Origin: Eledone cirrhosa
Taxonomy: Eukaryota
Length of the DNA: 64,000 nucleotides
Direction of reading: 5' to 3'
Assembly: GCA_964016885.1 (NCBI GenBank)
Contig: OZ024741.1
Location: 93,744,001 to 93,808,000, forward strand
Below the pieces are notes generated by a model. It ran no database searches, was not told the DNA's origin, and saw nothing but the letters and a program-made list of their open reading frames with translations. The translations under genes were made by a program, and so were the position numbers. Positions 12,671-26,160 of the stretch are shown piece after piece (positions within the stretch are counted from its first letter, which is position 1; every line of letters begins with the position of its first letter).

Positions 12671-13329
12671 TGTAGTTTATTTCTTTAATGACATGACATT
12701 GTTCAGCAGCTTCAAAAGCCTATAATAAATCACGAGCTAATGAACACCAAGAAAGATTAAATGTTACTCGAAATAAATTGTCTGTATTATTGACAGGCAA
12801 AAGCTGTCATAGTCAGAGAGGGTGGTGGCTTCCATCTGTCCTAGGAGACAGGTGCATGCCATGGTTTCAGTTTCTTGTGGAGTTGCAGCGCATGCTGTGG
12901 CTGTACAGTCCTGTTTTGGGAAAAGAGGCCATGTTACAATTGCTTCATTTGAAGTCCATACCTAGCTCTATAGGTGCTAATGAAGCCTTCTGTTGTCTGG
13001 TGGACAATGCTCCACTTTTGCAGTCATTCACCATAGCTAAAGTCATGGTTGCACACGTTTTTTTTTTAAAATTATTATTTTACTAAAGGTCACCATACAA
13101 TAAGGCTTTAAAGTCACTGAAGGTTGTGGGTCACATAAGTTAGTACATAGACCTATGTTGCAATAGGAGATAGAAAATTATAGATCAATGCTGTTTGTTT
13201 TAGAGCTGGATTTACTTAATGTTTGTTTGATAATGCGGCATGATGGTTCAGTGATAGAATAAGTTTCAGCTGGTGTATTATAGACAACCATGGGCTTTCT
13301 TTCCCATGAGTATTTTTATCTTGACACCA

Positions 13330-13640
13330 TCACTAAGAAGACTGCCTATCATGGCTCAATCGATCCTGATTCAGAAGATAATGTTGTTCTGTTATATATC
13401 GTTTATACATCAAGGTACTTTCTGGTAGAATGCTTCAGGTAAACTCTTTGAATCCTTTCTAGAGTTTATAAATGCAATTGGGTGCAGAAAGAATATCTTG
13501 TGACAGTTCCTAAAACGAAGCATGGTGGTGGGGGGATTTGGCAGTTGGATGTGGCCTTCATTGACTTGGCCAAGGCCTTAGATACTGTGCCATATTCACT
13601 GGTTTGGGGGCATGAGAAGACTTGGCTTGCATGAACATAT
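13330..13640 (+). mobile_element. Second, more diverged fragment of the R2-like family (RT motifs 1-3)
   Basis: 'CSVIYRLYIKVLSGRMLQVNSLNP..FINAIGC..LDVAFIDLAKALDTVPYSLV..GMRRLGLHEH' is colinear with the 5540-5830 minus-strand copy. Confidence 0.75.
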
Positions 13641-16250
13641 CATATGCTTTAATACTTGTTGGATTTTCATTGCTATTTTGTTCGAGTTGGTCTAATACTT
13701 TGCCCAATAACTTGATCCTTGATGTTGAGATAAATAGTGACCAATAAGTAAAACAAGACTACTAATTGAAATTTATTTTTACCAGGGACTTCAATGAGTC
13801 CATGTGACAAATAACATATCAGAAACATTTCATGCTTCAAATTTATAACAATGTTATAATCCACGTGTTACAATACAGAATTAACAATAAAAGGGAAATA
13901 TTTTCATGGAATATTATTTCAGTTGGTTACAACACACACACAGTTATTTTGTTAAATACATCCACTTCACATGATTTACAATGAGACATGCTCTTGGTCA
14001 CTTTTAGTGGACTCCACTTAGACCAAGGACATGACCTAAATACTTGGAACTGAGTGTAATTTCATCTCTTCCTCCTATCAGTCTTGCAAACCATGAAGCA
14101 GGACAAGGAACACTGTTTTTCTTTCTCCAATTAAAATAAAGACAAAATATGTTTCTAAACTGTTTTTTATGTTATATATTCCCTATTCCAGAAGCAGGTT
14201 TCATGCTTATGGACAATTGTTTAGAGCATCAAAACAAAAGGCCTTGCAATATTTCTTTCGACTCTTTTCCAGATTAATGCAAGTACGGGAGTCAATATAA
14301 GTGACTTATCCTTCATCAAATTTGCTGACCTTGTGTCTAGATTAGAACTGTTGATATTTCTGACAAATGTTGGAGCTATTTTACTTATATTGCAAATATA
14401 ACAAGAGTGATATGATTGCAAAATCCTTATGTTCTGAGTTCTCATTGTGTTCAATTCAACTTATTTGATATTACACATGATGAATAACAAAATTTCTGGT
14501 TATAGCTTTTCAATGAGCTGATCACTGTTAATAACTTGGGGCAGAATAAATATCAGGATTTCATTCGAAGAGTATTAGTTTTACCAGTCTCCTTACTGTT
14601 GTTTACATCCTGCACTGATATAGACCAGAGAGAGATGCGTTTCCACAGAGTTTCTATCAAATTCCACCCATGAGGCCTTGGATAACTCTAGAAAACACTC
14701 AAGTTATCACTCTAAGCTGTATCACATTACAAAGTGAACTTCGTAACCTCACAGCCATGCCTACACCTTATGTTTGAACTATGACTTTATCCTGCAAGTA
14801 CCAATAATATAATGCATTGCTTTAAACTACTATAGCTTATATATACAAGAATGTAATCATTAGGTCATATGAAAAAATCTTTATTTGAGCAACAAGATAA
14901 AAGAAATGGTATAGCACCATCATTTAATTTCATTCCTTTATAGTTTGATTTCAAATTTGCTTTCCATCTCTTTGAGGTCAATAAAGTTATGTAATGGAGC
15001 CAGTTTAAATTATTCTACTCCTTGCCATACAAATTGGAGGTCTTATGTCAGTAAAAAGGATGAAATTGAATACATTTAGCTGGCTTTTGCCATTCACCTA
15101 ACCATATTTAAAAGGATATTTTTTTTCATTAACGAGAACATACACAGATTATAATACATATACAGCTGAACAAAAAAAGCTATAAAATGAGAATACGGGC
15201 AAATATGTTTTATAATAGAGGGTTTAAAATTTGATAAAACATCAAAGTATAAAAAATATAAAATATATAACTTTAGTTTATGTAATAAAACAATCATTTA
15301 GTGTTACCCACTCACGAGTAAGAAGTCGAGTTAAGTCTAGTCCGAGCATTCTGCATTTTTACTTACCACACTTCTTACAAATCACCAAAATCACCCATAT
15401 GTAATTCTCAGAGTGGTCATCCATAGTCACTCACATCTGGACAAATGTACCTGATTCTTTCATATTCTTTCATTATTCCGTCTTGGTCACAGTATCCTAA
15501 CAATTAGTTCTTCAATATACTGGGTGGGGTTTTTCTATTCTAAATCATAGATTTAGATCATTGTTGGTTCTCATGACTGTATTATTTTCTCTTTATTACT
15601 GTGTTGTCAAGGAAGAATGGACACTGTTTCTGGCCCTTTTCATGGCCTCTAGGAATGGTGGGAAGCAGGGAGAAAGATATCCTCAAACAGATCTGATTGC
15701 TTGCAACAAAGCTAACTCTGCTAAAAGCACCCAAGGGCTAGGTGGTGGTGTTAAACCAGATGGATTAATTTTTTTTCTTTTACTGTTGTAACAGTCTACC
15801 AGTCCCTCTCTAGCTCTTTTTTTTCTGTCTGCATTCACTCAAGTAAATTAGGGTGATACTGTTAGGAGAGAATCAGCTCTCTCTAAAACTGAGCATGAGA
15901 TGGTTTTCTATACCATATCCATACAGGAGAGAGGGTGCCACACAATCATTTCTGGGACTGGGGACAAGGCAGATTTACTGACAAACCTCAAAGATGAAGC
16001 TGTTATGGTTAGAGGTGTGGCTTGAGCAGTATCCCACTGAGCCCACTCATTCTTCTTTAATTTTTCTTTTTTTAAAGTTCCCAGAGCAGAAAGTCCTCAG
16101 ATAACTTTTGCTGCTTCAAGTGTAATAGTTGTATTCTAAGAATGGGTTGAGCTGGTTCCACAGAGCTGATTATCGACTTAGGCAGTTTTTCATTGTGTAA
16201 GACTTATGTTATCCAAACAAATGTTATTTCAGCAGTACCAGTATCAATTT

Positions 16251-16510
16251 GAAGGCACATGGCCCTAGTGGTTAGGATGTCGTACATGGATTTGATTCCT
16301 GGACTGGATTGTGTGTTATGTTCTGGATCGTGTTATGTTCTGGAACAAAACACTTCATTTTACATTACTCATGTACACTCAGCTGAAAATGAGTGCCAAC
16401 AGTTGCTGGGGATTTAGCCCTGCAATGGACTGAGTTGTACTCTGTTGCTTAACGTCAAGGAAACCAGCATAAATACCAGCTTAATGAGCCTCTGATTTTA
16501 GGAAAGGCTT
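16251..16510 (+). mobile_element. tRNA-derived SINE family B (related copies ~23270-23400 +, ~44880-45000 +, ~52670-52805 -)
   Basis: A-box-like TGGCCCTAGTGG, B-box-like GATTTGATTCC, and a shared core resembling GAGCAAGGCACTTCATTTCAC..CTCAGCTG. Confidence 0.6.
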
Positions 16511-17232
16511 AGAACAGTATCAATACTCACCTTGAATTTCAATATTTTTGTTTTCAGCTGTGATAGCTTGAATTAATTTGTAAAGCTCTTTCAGATAAAA
16601 AAAAACTCTATCAAAGTTCATACTTAAACTGGAAGATATTCTGCAAAGTTCTGTTAAGATATGAACTCAATAACTTTGCATTAAAAAGCTGGCATATTGT
16701 TTACATGGCTTTTGAGTCACACTGTATCTTATATGATTGGCAAATAAATGAAATAAAACACCTGTTAAGTTTTGATGGAAAATGTCTTCAACAATGAACA
16801 ATTACATAAAAATCTACTCTGGAAACTTTGCATAAACATCCTTAACTACTTCTCTACGAAATTGCAATCACTGCCCATAAAATCTAATTAAATCTTAACA
16901 ACTTTTTTGCCTGTGCAAAATAAAACAACAAAAACAAAATTGAAGAGCACTTTTATAATAACAGTTTTACATAATAACATTGTACTTGACGGACAGAAAT
17001 TTAATTTAACAACTTTAAGAAAGACCAGTTTTGAAAACAGATCTGAAACGAACTTGTTCGCATGTTTTCTTCTTTCCTCCATTTTTTTAAAATTTTATCT
17101 AATCATTTGTAAAATAAGAAAAGGGAGAAGAAACTGCTGATGCCATTCATTTGTGATTAATCAGGTGCTGAAATTCTTTTCTAGTGTAGATTTGGATGTG
17201 TTTATGGCTGTATGTATATACATACATGTATA

Positions 17233-17264
<32 letters not shown>

Positions 17265-19257
17265 AATCTGTGCTTGAACTACATATTTTGTATGCAACTG
17301 TTCATATGTGGGCTTCTCTTCAGGCTCTCTGCCATTTCCAAAATAATCAGTATTATGTTTGTTGTTTTTGTTTTCTAGTAAAATGCTAGAGAACTCAACA
17401 TTACTTTCCTTAATAAAAAAAACTCTACTTAAAAGCTCTGACCCTGAACTACAGGACCCTTTACAATATCACAGTGAAATTGGCTATGTAATTGAGCACT
17501 ACAGATTAAACTGTGAGTATGAAATATTTATTAAATTTCACCATCTAAAATTACACCCTAATGTCTATTACAAAATTAAATCATATCTTGTGAGGGTTAT
17601 TTATGAGGATTATATCAAATATGTCATTCCTACAAAAAGACTAGTGTACACAAAATATCTAAATGCTGTCTATTCTAATTTTTTTTAATGTGAGGGGCTC
17701 CCAAACTTGAAGTGCCCTGGGCCCCCCAAGATCTAAATCCAACTCTGGCTTCAACTATAATGATCACTATCCTTTACATACACACATTTATTATTTCTGT
17801 CAAGCAAGAACATGCTGGACTTCCATATTGTTAGGGTTACTTATAACATGCTAACAAGTAGCAAATTTAGCAAATTACCTGAAAAGGATTTTTCAACATT
17901 TTTTTTAGCTATCAAAAACTTATGGCTGTCAACTGTGTCATGGTTAGTCTTACGATGGAGCAAGCACCATGATGGGTGAAATATTTGGTCTCCAAATGCC
18001 AGGGAAGTTGTTTCTTCAAATACAATTTTATACACCGATAGTGAAGTTAATTCTAATATCTAAGACATGGTAGTTTACCCCATCTTTCAGTACTAGAAGA
18101 ATAATAGCATTGTATCAGATCTTTTACACTGATTCTAATGAAACTTTACCTTACTAGATGGGCATCCAGAATATTGGTAGTAGAAGCAATCTTGCCAAAT
18201 TTACCAGTACTAGTAGATGTTCTGGATAGTGAGATATAAAAAATAAATACTCTCTGCCTCAACAAGCTGTTTAGGAGAGTATGCTGAAGACATTCAGTAC
18301 TTACAAATTCTTAGTTGTTCTTAATATTATGGCAGGAATTGCTAGATGAGGATTTCAATTTATTCCAATATTTATTGAAAAGTAGTATCAATCTGGGATC
18401 AACTTTTCTTTTGATTCAGCATTTTGAAAAACATATAAAAAGCTTTTGAAATGAGTATGAATCTAATTGCTTAATCTGTTTGAAATTATACTAAAAATGT
18501 AATATTAATACAGAACATAATAGAAAAAAGTTCCATTATCAAATTGCAGAGGATGAAGGAATATTTGATACACAAGAGAAATTCATAGTTGAATGTCACT
18601 TAATTTTTTTAGGTTCTTTTTTAAAAAAACATCAGTAAAAGATTTGAGTATTTAAAAAAAAAAAATTAAGTTTCCAAATTTAGTATTTAAGATTCAAGGC
18701 ATTTTGACAAAACACAGTTATACCACTTCATTCTATACTCGGGAATGATAGAGTATTTGGGTTAGTTCTGTTCTCCCTTAAAAGACAATAGGCTATAGAG
18801 GCAGATTATAATTAACATATCTTTGCAAAACTGAAGCTCAGGTAAAAAAAAAAAAAATTGTAGTTGTTGCATACATTTTTCATTTTGCTTTATTTTGTTC
18901 TTTTATATTTAAAATGTAAGATAAATAACACGCGTTTTTTTTTTCTTAGAATTATATTTTTGTTTTAAATACAATATAGAACTTACTGTAATTTTTTGGT
19001 TGTTTTGACATTAAATATAAAACAAATTATGTACTGACTTTAAAACTACATTTCCTGTGTTTTGACATAAAGTACAATATAAACATAACATGAATTTAAA
19101 ATAATTTGATACATGTCATGGAGCCTTCTTATTTTTTGCTTTTACTATTTAATCGGGGAGGAAAGGGCAGCACCTGCAACCTTTTTGGGGGCCTCTGAAA
19201 CTAGTGGGAAGGAAGGAGAGTGGGAGAAAAGAAGGTATCCTGAAACTGGAGAACTGA

Positions 19258-19445
19258 TTTAACCCTTTACTCTATACTTACTAAAGTATTTTTTTGCAGT
19301 AAAGGCTTTATCTCACATAATATTGAATCTATAAGATTTTGATATTATTTATTTTGAGAAGAATACCTTAACATGGGTATGAGGGGCTGGTTTGAATAGA
19401 AAGAGGCGAGAGAATTCTGGCCGGATATGACCGGTTTAAATGTTT
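19258..19445. mobile_element. TTAA-flanked (piggyBac-like) MITE family 1
   Basis: Starts TTAACCCTTTA; internal sequence homologous to copies at 27026, 27609 and 57064. Confidence 0.65.
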
Positions 19446-19715
19446 TAAAACCCAGCTACACCCCTGACTAACTATACATGACTCACTATACATCATTGAT
19501 ATAAGTTCCATTTCTGAAGAGTTAAAAATTTAGTACTAAATCCTATCTGTAAAGTACTTAATAGATTTGTGTTTCTATAAAACATCTTAAATATGAATAG
19601 AATATTAGTAAAACTCCAGTAATTTCATGCAAGATATGTTTTCCAGAAACTCTCCATTTGGAAATTGGTTCAGTTATTGATTGCTTTTATGTAGACATGA
19701 ACCAATTGTACAACA

Positions 19716-19766
19716 ATGGATTCTAAATTTGGAGACAGCAGTTGTCTTGGACAAGAATTTTCACAA
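19716..19766 (+). CDS. SEA/mucin-like type II membrane protein, putative first coding exon (MDSKFGDSSCLGQEFSQ)
   Basis: acaATGG context; CAA|gtgagt phase-0 donor matches the phase-0 acceptor at 22737; upstream acceptor ttttatgtag at 19694. Confidence 0.55.
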
Positions 19767-20248
19767 GTGAGTTGATTTTTCATTTACGTTAAATTGTATA
19801 TTTTCATTTTTTCCAGTTAAAACATGGCATTCTTTTCAATTTAGTTTTAATGGAGAACTTTAGGTTGGTGATGTACAACTGGTTTGGGGGAGGAAAATGT
19901 GACGTTTTTAGTTTTCCTCAAAGTATAAATGATGTGAGATGAAATTCAGTTGATCGAGAATCACAATTGAATCTGTCTTAGCTTACCATAAAAACAATTC
20001 TTTTCTAATCTTTGTAAAGTCTTAACACATTCGATTATTAGTAGCCACAACAGCAGTAACTGATTTAGGTCTGGTAAGATGGTTCAGACATCTCAAAATA
20101 TTTCCTTTTGTCAAAAACTTATAAACCCATCTCACTTAATCCGTCCAGGAATAAAACTAAAGAAAGTTATATATATTAATGATACTCTGATCCCTACGAG
20201 CATCGAGTGCTCATTTTGGCATACCGCCTAGACACAATTAATTGCGCA

Positions 20249-20279
<31 letters not shown>

Positions 20280-20479
20280 AAGACCTGCTGCAGTGTGAAT
20301 ATTTGATCAGCTGTACTATGCCTAGGGTGGAAACCACACTGTATATCAGCTAGCATAGACTCTTTTGTACCTGGGAGACAGATTGGAATTTCCACCTAGT
20401 CCTCCTGCACTCTGAGCAAGGCCATTTCCCTGAGGGATCCAAGCCCTATTTTCTTTTCCTCATACTAGGATTTTAGTCT

Positions 20480-20700
20480 TTGACAAGTTAACCCTAAGAC
20501 CCTTTGATTCTAGGCCATGCTTCCAGGTTTGGAACTTCCTCTCCAATTCTATCATAGATTCAGCTATGAGGGTCAGATCATCTGCATACAGAAGCTCCCA
20601 TGGGCAGCCAGTCCCAAACTCCTGTTATAGCCTGCAGAGCAATAATTAACAGGAGAGGGCCAAGATGGAGCCCTGATGGACAACTGTCTGCACACCAAAT
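20480..20700 (-). mobile_element. RTE LINE RT fragment
   Basis: Minus strand 'VHQGSI..GCPWELLYADDLTLIAES..GLESKGLRVNL'. Confidence 0.75.
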
Positions 20701-21029
20701 TCCTTACTATTGTCATCATCATCATTGTCGTTTTAACATCCACTTTACCTGCTACCAAAGGTTGGATGGATCTATATAGACAGTCCATACTGAAGTGGAG
20801 CTATTGATTTCCAAAATAAACCGGGATCTGTGTCTTGCTTATGTATAGCCTCATGTTCTACTATGTGCTCAGGAGAAGTCGTCATGCCCTTGACACAACT
20901 GAGAGAGAGAGAGAGAGACTTTTCAATTATATGATGTGCTCATGAAATGTCACTCATCATGTTATTAGCTCAGGTGGACAGCGTTTTTGTTGAGGCTACT
21001 GCCTTACTGTGTTGGCTCTGTTTCAACCT

Positions 21030-21031
<2 letters not shown>

Positions 21032-21082
<51 letters not shown>
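21032..21082. repeat. (TA)n microsatellite
   Basis: About 25 TA units seen directly. Confidence 0.95.
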
Positions 21083-21086
<4 letters not shown>

Positions 21087-21508
21087 TTGAAATATTAGAA
21101 TCTAATCACAAAAATTGTTATAAATACTAATGACTTTAGAAAATTGGGTAAAATAACCTTAAGGACAGAAAAAAGTGGACAGCAGCCACAATGGAGAATT
21201 GAACTCCATTTGCTCTTGAATATATATAAATTGCTACACTTTGAGTGGGTCATGCTGACAATAAAACCACATGCACCAGTTAAGTTTCACTTTCGTTTTA
21301 TTATTAGTCAAGTAATTAATCTATTCCTTGGTTAGTTAACTAAATATGACAATTGGATAACCATCCAGTTAGTAGTCAAACTTTTTGTCGAACAGTACGA
21401 CTTTTGCAATAACTATTTTTGTTCTTGTGTGTCTCTTCATTTTGTTTTATTTACCCCATCAACTAAATAACCCTACAGTTTACTAAAGTAAAAATGGAAT
21501 GGATTACT

Positions 21509-21691
21509 TATGATTAATAATTGTTTCTACTTTTGGTACAAGGCCAGCAATTATCCCAGTGCATTACTGGTGCTATATTTTATCGACCCCGTAAGTTAAC
21601 CTCGGCGGCATTTGAACTCAGTCCGTAAAGAACCGTTACTCTATGCTGCAAAGCATAGTGTCCGACCCTCTACTGATATATGATTAATAAT
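21509..21691 (-). mobile_element. SINE family A copy with target-site duplication
   Basis: Family A sequence flanked by the direct repeat TATGATTAATAAT (21509-21521 and 21679-21691). Confidence 0.8.
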
Positions 21692-22736
21692 AACACTAAA
21701 GTGCAACTCAACCGGTACATTGTTATACTTTCAGGTCATGTTGCTAATAACACTCTTGATGTGAAATCATATGATTTCACATCAAGAATCTTGCAAAACA
21801 AATACAAAAATGTGTGTCTATGTATGATCCCTAGTGCTGGTGGCATGATAAAATGCACTCGGTATACTGTGGGATTGTATGGGAGAGGTGGGCCCCTGAC
21901 CATTCTGATGGCTGATTGGCCTTGCTTGATTACTAACTCAGTCTGTGAAGACCCATTCAATTGTTGCTAGCAGAGAAAAATGGATGTTAAATGAAGATGA
22001 TGATCATGATATATATATATGTGTTTGTGTGTATATACATATAATGTACTTTTGCCGTTGATTTGTTTTAGCTATAAGAACTAAAAAGCGTCTTTGAACC
22101 CTGCTTCCAATTTTGGTCTTTGTCCTTGACCCTTAACCATAAATGTTTTAGTTTTTGCTTTGTGGTGTATATAAAATGAATTGAATGAATTGAATGGAGT
22201 TGAAATCGAAATTCCAGGTTAAATTTTTGTAATAGCTACTGGGATTAGTGTTTTCCCTAATATGAAATCTTTTGGATCAGCATAGAATATATATGGTTAA
22301 TCTTTTGGTAGGTCTGAAGGCAAAGTTGAAATGGTTGAATTTTGTTTGAATTTCTGAGATTGAAGAATTATCACTATTATACACTATTCTGAATAAAGCA
22401 GTGCATAATACTGAAAGGGTTAAATGGTAACCTATAGCATGTCTTGTTGTTATTTTCATGCATTCTAATGGAAGACTAAGTTAAATAAATGAACACAATT
22501 ATATTTCTTTTATACCAGAAAATGCCTCTATTGGACAGATAAAACATGAAATTTAGCTTTGTTTTGATCATTTCATTGGCATTGCTAATGTCACTCTTTT
22601 TTTCTAAACACAAACTTTTTTTCTATATATGACCACACACACACATGCTTTAATTATATCCCAAAGCACTAAAACCCTTAACAATGCTCTGTTAATATGC
22701 TACCCTTCTCATCATGGCTTCTCTTCTCTTACCTAG

Positions 22737-22989
22737 CAAGACAACTCAATTGAATTCTCTATCCTCCGCTCCAGCAGTTTGCTTGACTTTCTCAATTATT
22801 CTGATTGTGTCACTCGGGGAGGAGGTGAGCCAGCAATCTCAAGCTTTACAGAAGCTTCAGCATCAGTATCTTCTGAACATATTTTCCATCAATCTAACCT
22901 TCGAAAACAATGGATTGCCTCCGTTTCAATTCTGTCATTCTCTCTTGTGGTTATTGCAATTACTTTTGTTATGGTCTTCCTTACACACG
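22737..22989 (+). CDS. SEA/mucin-like protein exon 2: cytoplasmic region + transmembrane helix
   Basis: Acceptor cttctcttctcttacctag, donor G|gtaagt; encodes ..NLRKQ-WIASVSILSFSLVVIAITFVMVFL-TH (basic residues before the hydrophobic helix, consistent with type II topology). Confidence 0.8.
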
Positions 22990-23421
22990 GTAAGTAGCTT
23001 CAATTGCTTGACCCTCTTATTGCCATCCCACCTGAAACCACCCTGGATTTATGATACAAAACTGCCTGTTTTAAAATGTTTATCCTCACATGGATAAATT
23101 TTCCATCATAATTTTATTTTAGAATGCTGTTGCTTAGCTCCAGGTCAGATCTGAGTTGACTTGTGTGTTCCCATCTTGATTATCCCAGCTTTTTTTTAAA
23201 TGTAGTGGTTTTTAAGATAGCATCCTTGATAGCTATTGCACAATTATGCAAATTGTACTGGCCAAAGAAGATGCATGGATTAGTGATTAGTGTGTACACC
23301 CTATAATAACATCACAAGTTGCAATGTGTTCTTGAGCTAGACAATTTATTTCACATTGCTCCAGTCAACTCAGTTGGCAAAAACGAGTTGTATTTATAAT
23401 TAAAAGGGCATGCTGGCATTG

Positions 23422-23423
<2 letters not shown>

Positions 23424-23474
<51 letters not shown>

Positions 23475-23513
23475 ACACACCACACACCACACACCACACA
23501 CCACACACCACAC
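23424..23513. repeat. (CA)n microsatellite grading into (CACAC)n
   Basis: Seen directly. Confidence 0.9.
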
Positions 23514-23911
23514 AGTGTCATGAAGAATCTTCCTGAGAATTACTTTAAGTGTACCCATGTCTGTTGATTAATTTCATGAGCTGACTGTCCATTGACTGAA
23601 TAGCTGGAACACTTATTGTTGAAACCAACAGAAATACATTCCTCTTTCCACTGGCTCAGAATTTTTGTCATTATTTTTCTACATATAAAGTCTTATACCA
23701 AAGCAGGTTTTTAAGTAGCCTATGCTATGCTGATGAGGCGTAAGACCCAAATATGTCCCGAGCTTTCATTTTGTTTGAGAGTTGCTATCAATTACATTTT
23801 TTTTGTTTGTTTTTCTTTCCCCAGCCAAGACACATATGCAAAAAATGTTTAATGCATTGAAATATGTCATTCAGCACTTCAGTTACCTAAATTACCTAAA
23901 ATCATGTTATT

Positions 23912-24385
23912 GGCCATATCCACCCTGTAAGGTGGTCGTGCTGGAGCCACAACAAAAAGCACCCAGTCCACCCTGTAAGGTGGTAATTCTGGTGTCACAA
24001 CAAAAATCACTGTGTATCCTGTAAGGTGGTTGTGCTGGGGACATGACAAAAAAGTAGTCTACCCTGTAAGGTTGTCATACTGGTGACATGACAAACACCC
24101 AGTTCACCCTGTAAAGTGGTTGTGCTGGTGCCACAACATAAACCAACCAGTTCACCCTGTAAAGGAGTCATGCCAGTGCCAGGACAAAAAGGCACCCAGT
24201 CCACCCTATTAGATGGTTGTTCTGATGCTATGAAAAGCACTGTCTACCCTGTAATGTAGTTTGCTTTAGGAAGATCATCCAGCCATAAAAAACAAACCAC
24301 AAACAGATCTGTATAAGCAAGATATGGTCACCTGACCTGATCCATGCAAGCATAGAAAATAGACGTTAAATGATGACAATGACTT
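23912..24385 (+). repeat. Tandem array (~8 x 43-49 bp) inside an RTE-type 3' tail
   Basis: Unit ~CCAGTCCACCCTGTAAGGTGGTTGTGCTGGTGCCACAACAAAAAGCA, followed by ..AGGAAGATCATCCAGCC..GACGTTAAATGATGA, as in the RTE tail at 47580-47759. Confidence 0.8.
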
Positions 24386-24494
24386 CATTTGATATTAATT
24401 TAGCATTTATTTTAATTAATTACCTTGATTGATAATCTAAGTATCTATCTGAATACATCCTAACCCTCATAGCTCTGTTACATTCCTTACACAG

Positions 24495-24607
24495 GTGAGG
24501 TCATCACATTTCTCCATCTGAATGTGCTTAATGTACGCTACCATCCAGCAATGGAAAATGAAACATCTAAACAGTTCAAAGAGATATCTGTGCCATTCTG
24601 TCAAGAG
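24495..24607 (+). CDS. SEA/mucin-like protein exon 3: SEA domain start
   Basis: ccttacacag acceptor, GAG|gtttgt donor, phase 1 to 0; GEVITFLHLNVLNVRYHPAMENETSKQFKEISVPFCQE fits the SEA pattern (y..l.n..S..F..l...). Confidence 0.8.
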
Positions 24608-25067
24608 GTTTGTTTCATATCATATCTTTCCACCAGTATAAAAAACCAAAACAAAAAATGGTAGCTTACAATGCAAGGAAAGCAATAATTGCTGCTGCTG
24701 CTCTTTACAATTTTCAATACTAAACCAATAATTTTTGTATTGTAATAATTCTATTCACAATTAGAATATATTATAGGGATATAATATAGTTAACATAAAG
24801 GGTTGTAGGGTATTTTATCCAATATCTTAACGATTTAGCCATTCTACCACTCTTATAATTTTATCTTGCTGAAATTAAACACTGATTTTACATTCCTGGA
24901 TTGCCTCCCCTGCCTTTTTTGTCAAGAATTATTGGGATAATTTTTTACTAACTATATTATGTTAGTGACTAGGTCAATAAGTTCTTCTATCATATAAGTG
25001 GTCACTATCTATAAACCTAGAGAGAAATTGCTATAAACTTCTCTTTACTCTGTATCATAACTACTCT

Positions 25068-25630
25068 TTCAACCCTTCTGAAACCAACCCACCCAAAAAT
25101 ACCCCTGATTCTATGATAAAAACTGTTTTTCACGTGTTTATATTTAAATTTAAACTATCCATTTTAATTTTATGTAAGAACCTTTAAGTTATGTTCCAAA
25201 TAATGAGAAAGTTAGTTATATCACTAAATCCCTTGATTATTTTCAAAATTATTTGAAAATCATAGGCAGTGTTTTCATTAGAAATATAGTAACCATGTTA
25301 ATTATATATCTATGAATCTTTTTAGATTAATCGCTATATAAAATCAAGTTACCTGTCTGAAATTCAACAGGGTTGCACTCTTAAAAACATAACGTAAGTA
25401 TTTCTCTCTCCCTCTCTTTCATTAATTCTTTCATTACCAACCTTCCCAAAATTACCTCTCATTCTAAGAAACAAAACCACCCATTTCTTATATAGAATTA
25501 TGATGGAAGATATGTTAAGTTGCTATCTTAGTAATGAAATAATCAATTTTAGTAAATCCCTCCCGATTTTTTTTCAGGAATTAATTGAAATAGTGTATTT
25601 GATTAGAAATATGGTAGTGAAAGAGTTAGC
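25068..25630. mobile_element. Two direct copies of TTAA-type MITE family 2 flanking exon 4 (other copies ~31625-31835, ~32165-32385, ~55485-55730)
   Basis: Shared ends ..TACCAACC(T/C)ACCCAAAA.. and ..TTCATTAGAAATA(T/C)AGTA..; the 31625 and 55485 copies are reversed. Confidence 0.55.
25326..25393 (+). CDS. SEA/mucin-like protein exon 4
   Basis: tctttttag acceptor, AC|gtaagt donor, phase 0 to 2; INRYIKSSYLSEIQQGCTLKNI. Confidence 0.8.
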
Positions 25631-25759
25631 CATTGCCCAAATCTTGAGAATTCATGTGCTAAAATACTGCAAAAAGTTCCAGATATTTAGTTTCTCAAAA
25701 TAAAGATAGGGATCAGCAAACATAAATACAGAGACATACATATATACATTCAAAAGCAA

Positions 25760-26160
25760 AATAATTGTTTCTATGTTTGGCACAAAGCCAGCCGTTTGAA
25801 GGGAAATGGAAAGTTAACTCGACTCCAGTGTATTACTGGTACTTATCGATCCTGTAAAGATGAAAGGCAAAGCTAATCTCGGCAGGATTTGAACTCGGAG
25901 CATAAAGGGATGTTGCAAAGCATGTTTTCCGATGCTCTACGTATACTGCCAATTCACCACCATAGAACAACAAAATAATTGTTTCTACTATTGGCACAAA
26001 GGCAGCAATTATCCAGGGCATTACTGGTACTTTATTTTGTCGACCCCTGTAAGGGTGAAAGGTAAAGTTAACATCAGCAGGATTTGAACTCAGACCGTAA
26101 AAGGGCGTAACTCTATGCTGCAAAGCATGGCATCCGACCTCCTACCGATATCGCCAATCA
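25760..26160 (-). mobile_element. Tandem dimer of SINE family A
   Basis: Two consecutive family A copies bounded by repeated CAAAATAA(T/C). Confidence 0.8.

Noticed and set aside
13290-13438. Apparent first coding exon (accATGG..AG|gt) for the SEA gene
   Set aside because: Its 3' half translates in another frame as R2-like RT ('CSVIYRLYIKVLSGRML'), so it is a retroelement remnant; 19716 gives a cleaner model.
14191-14600. Two short open segments with AG/GT boundaries
   Set aside because: Weak donors, no recognisable homology, and no phase link to the supported exons.
23912-24260. CRISPR-like regular repeats (also 45461-45684)
   Set aside because: No unique spacers, no cas genes, eukaryotic context; the units are tandem copies tied to RTE tails.
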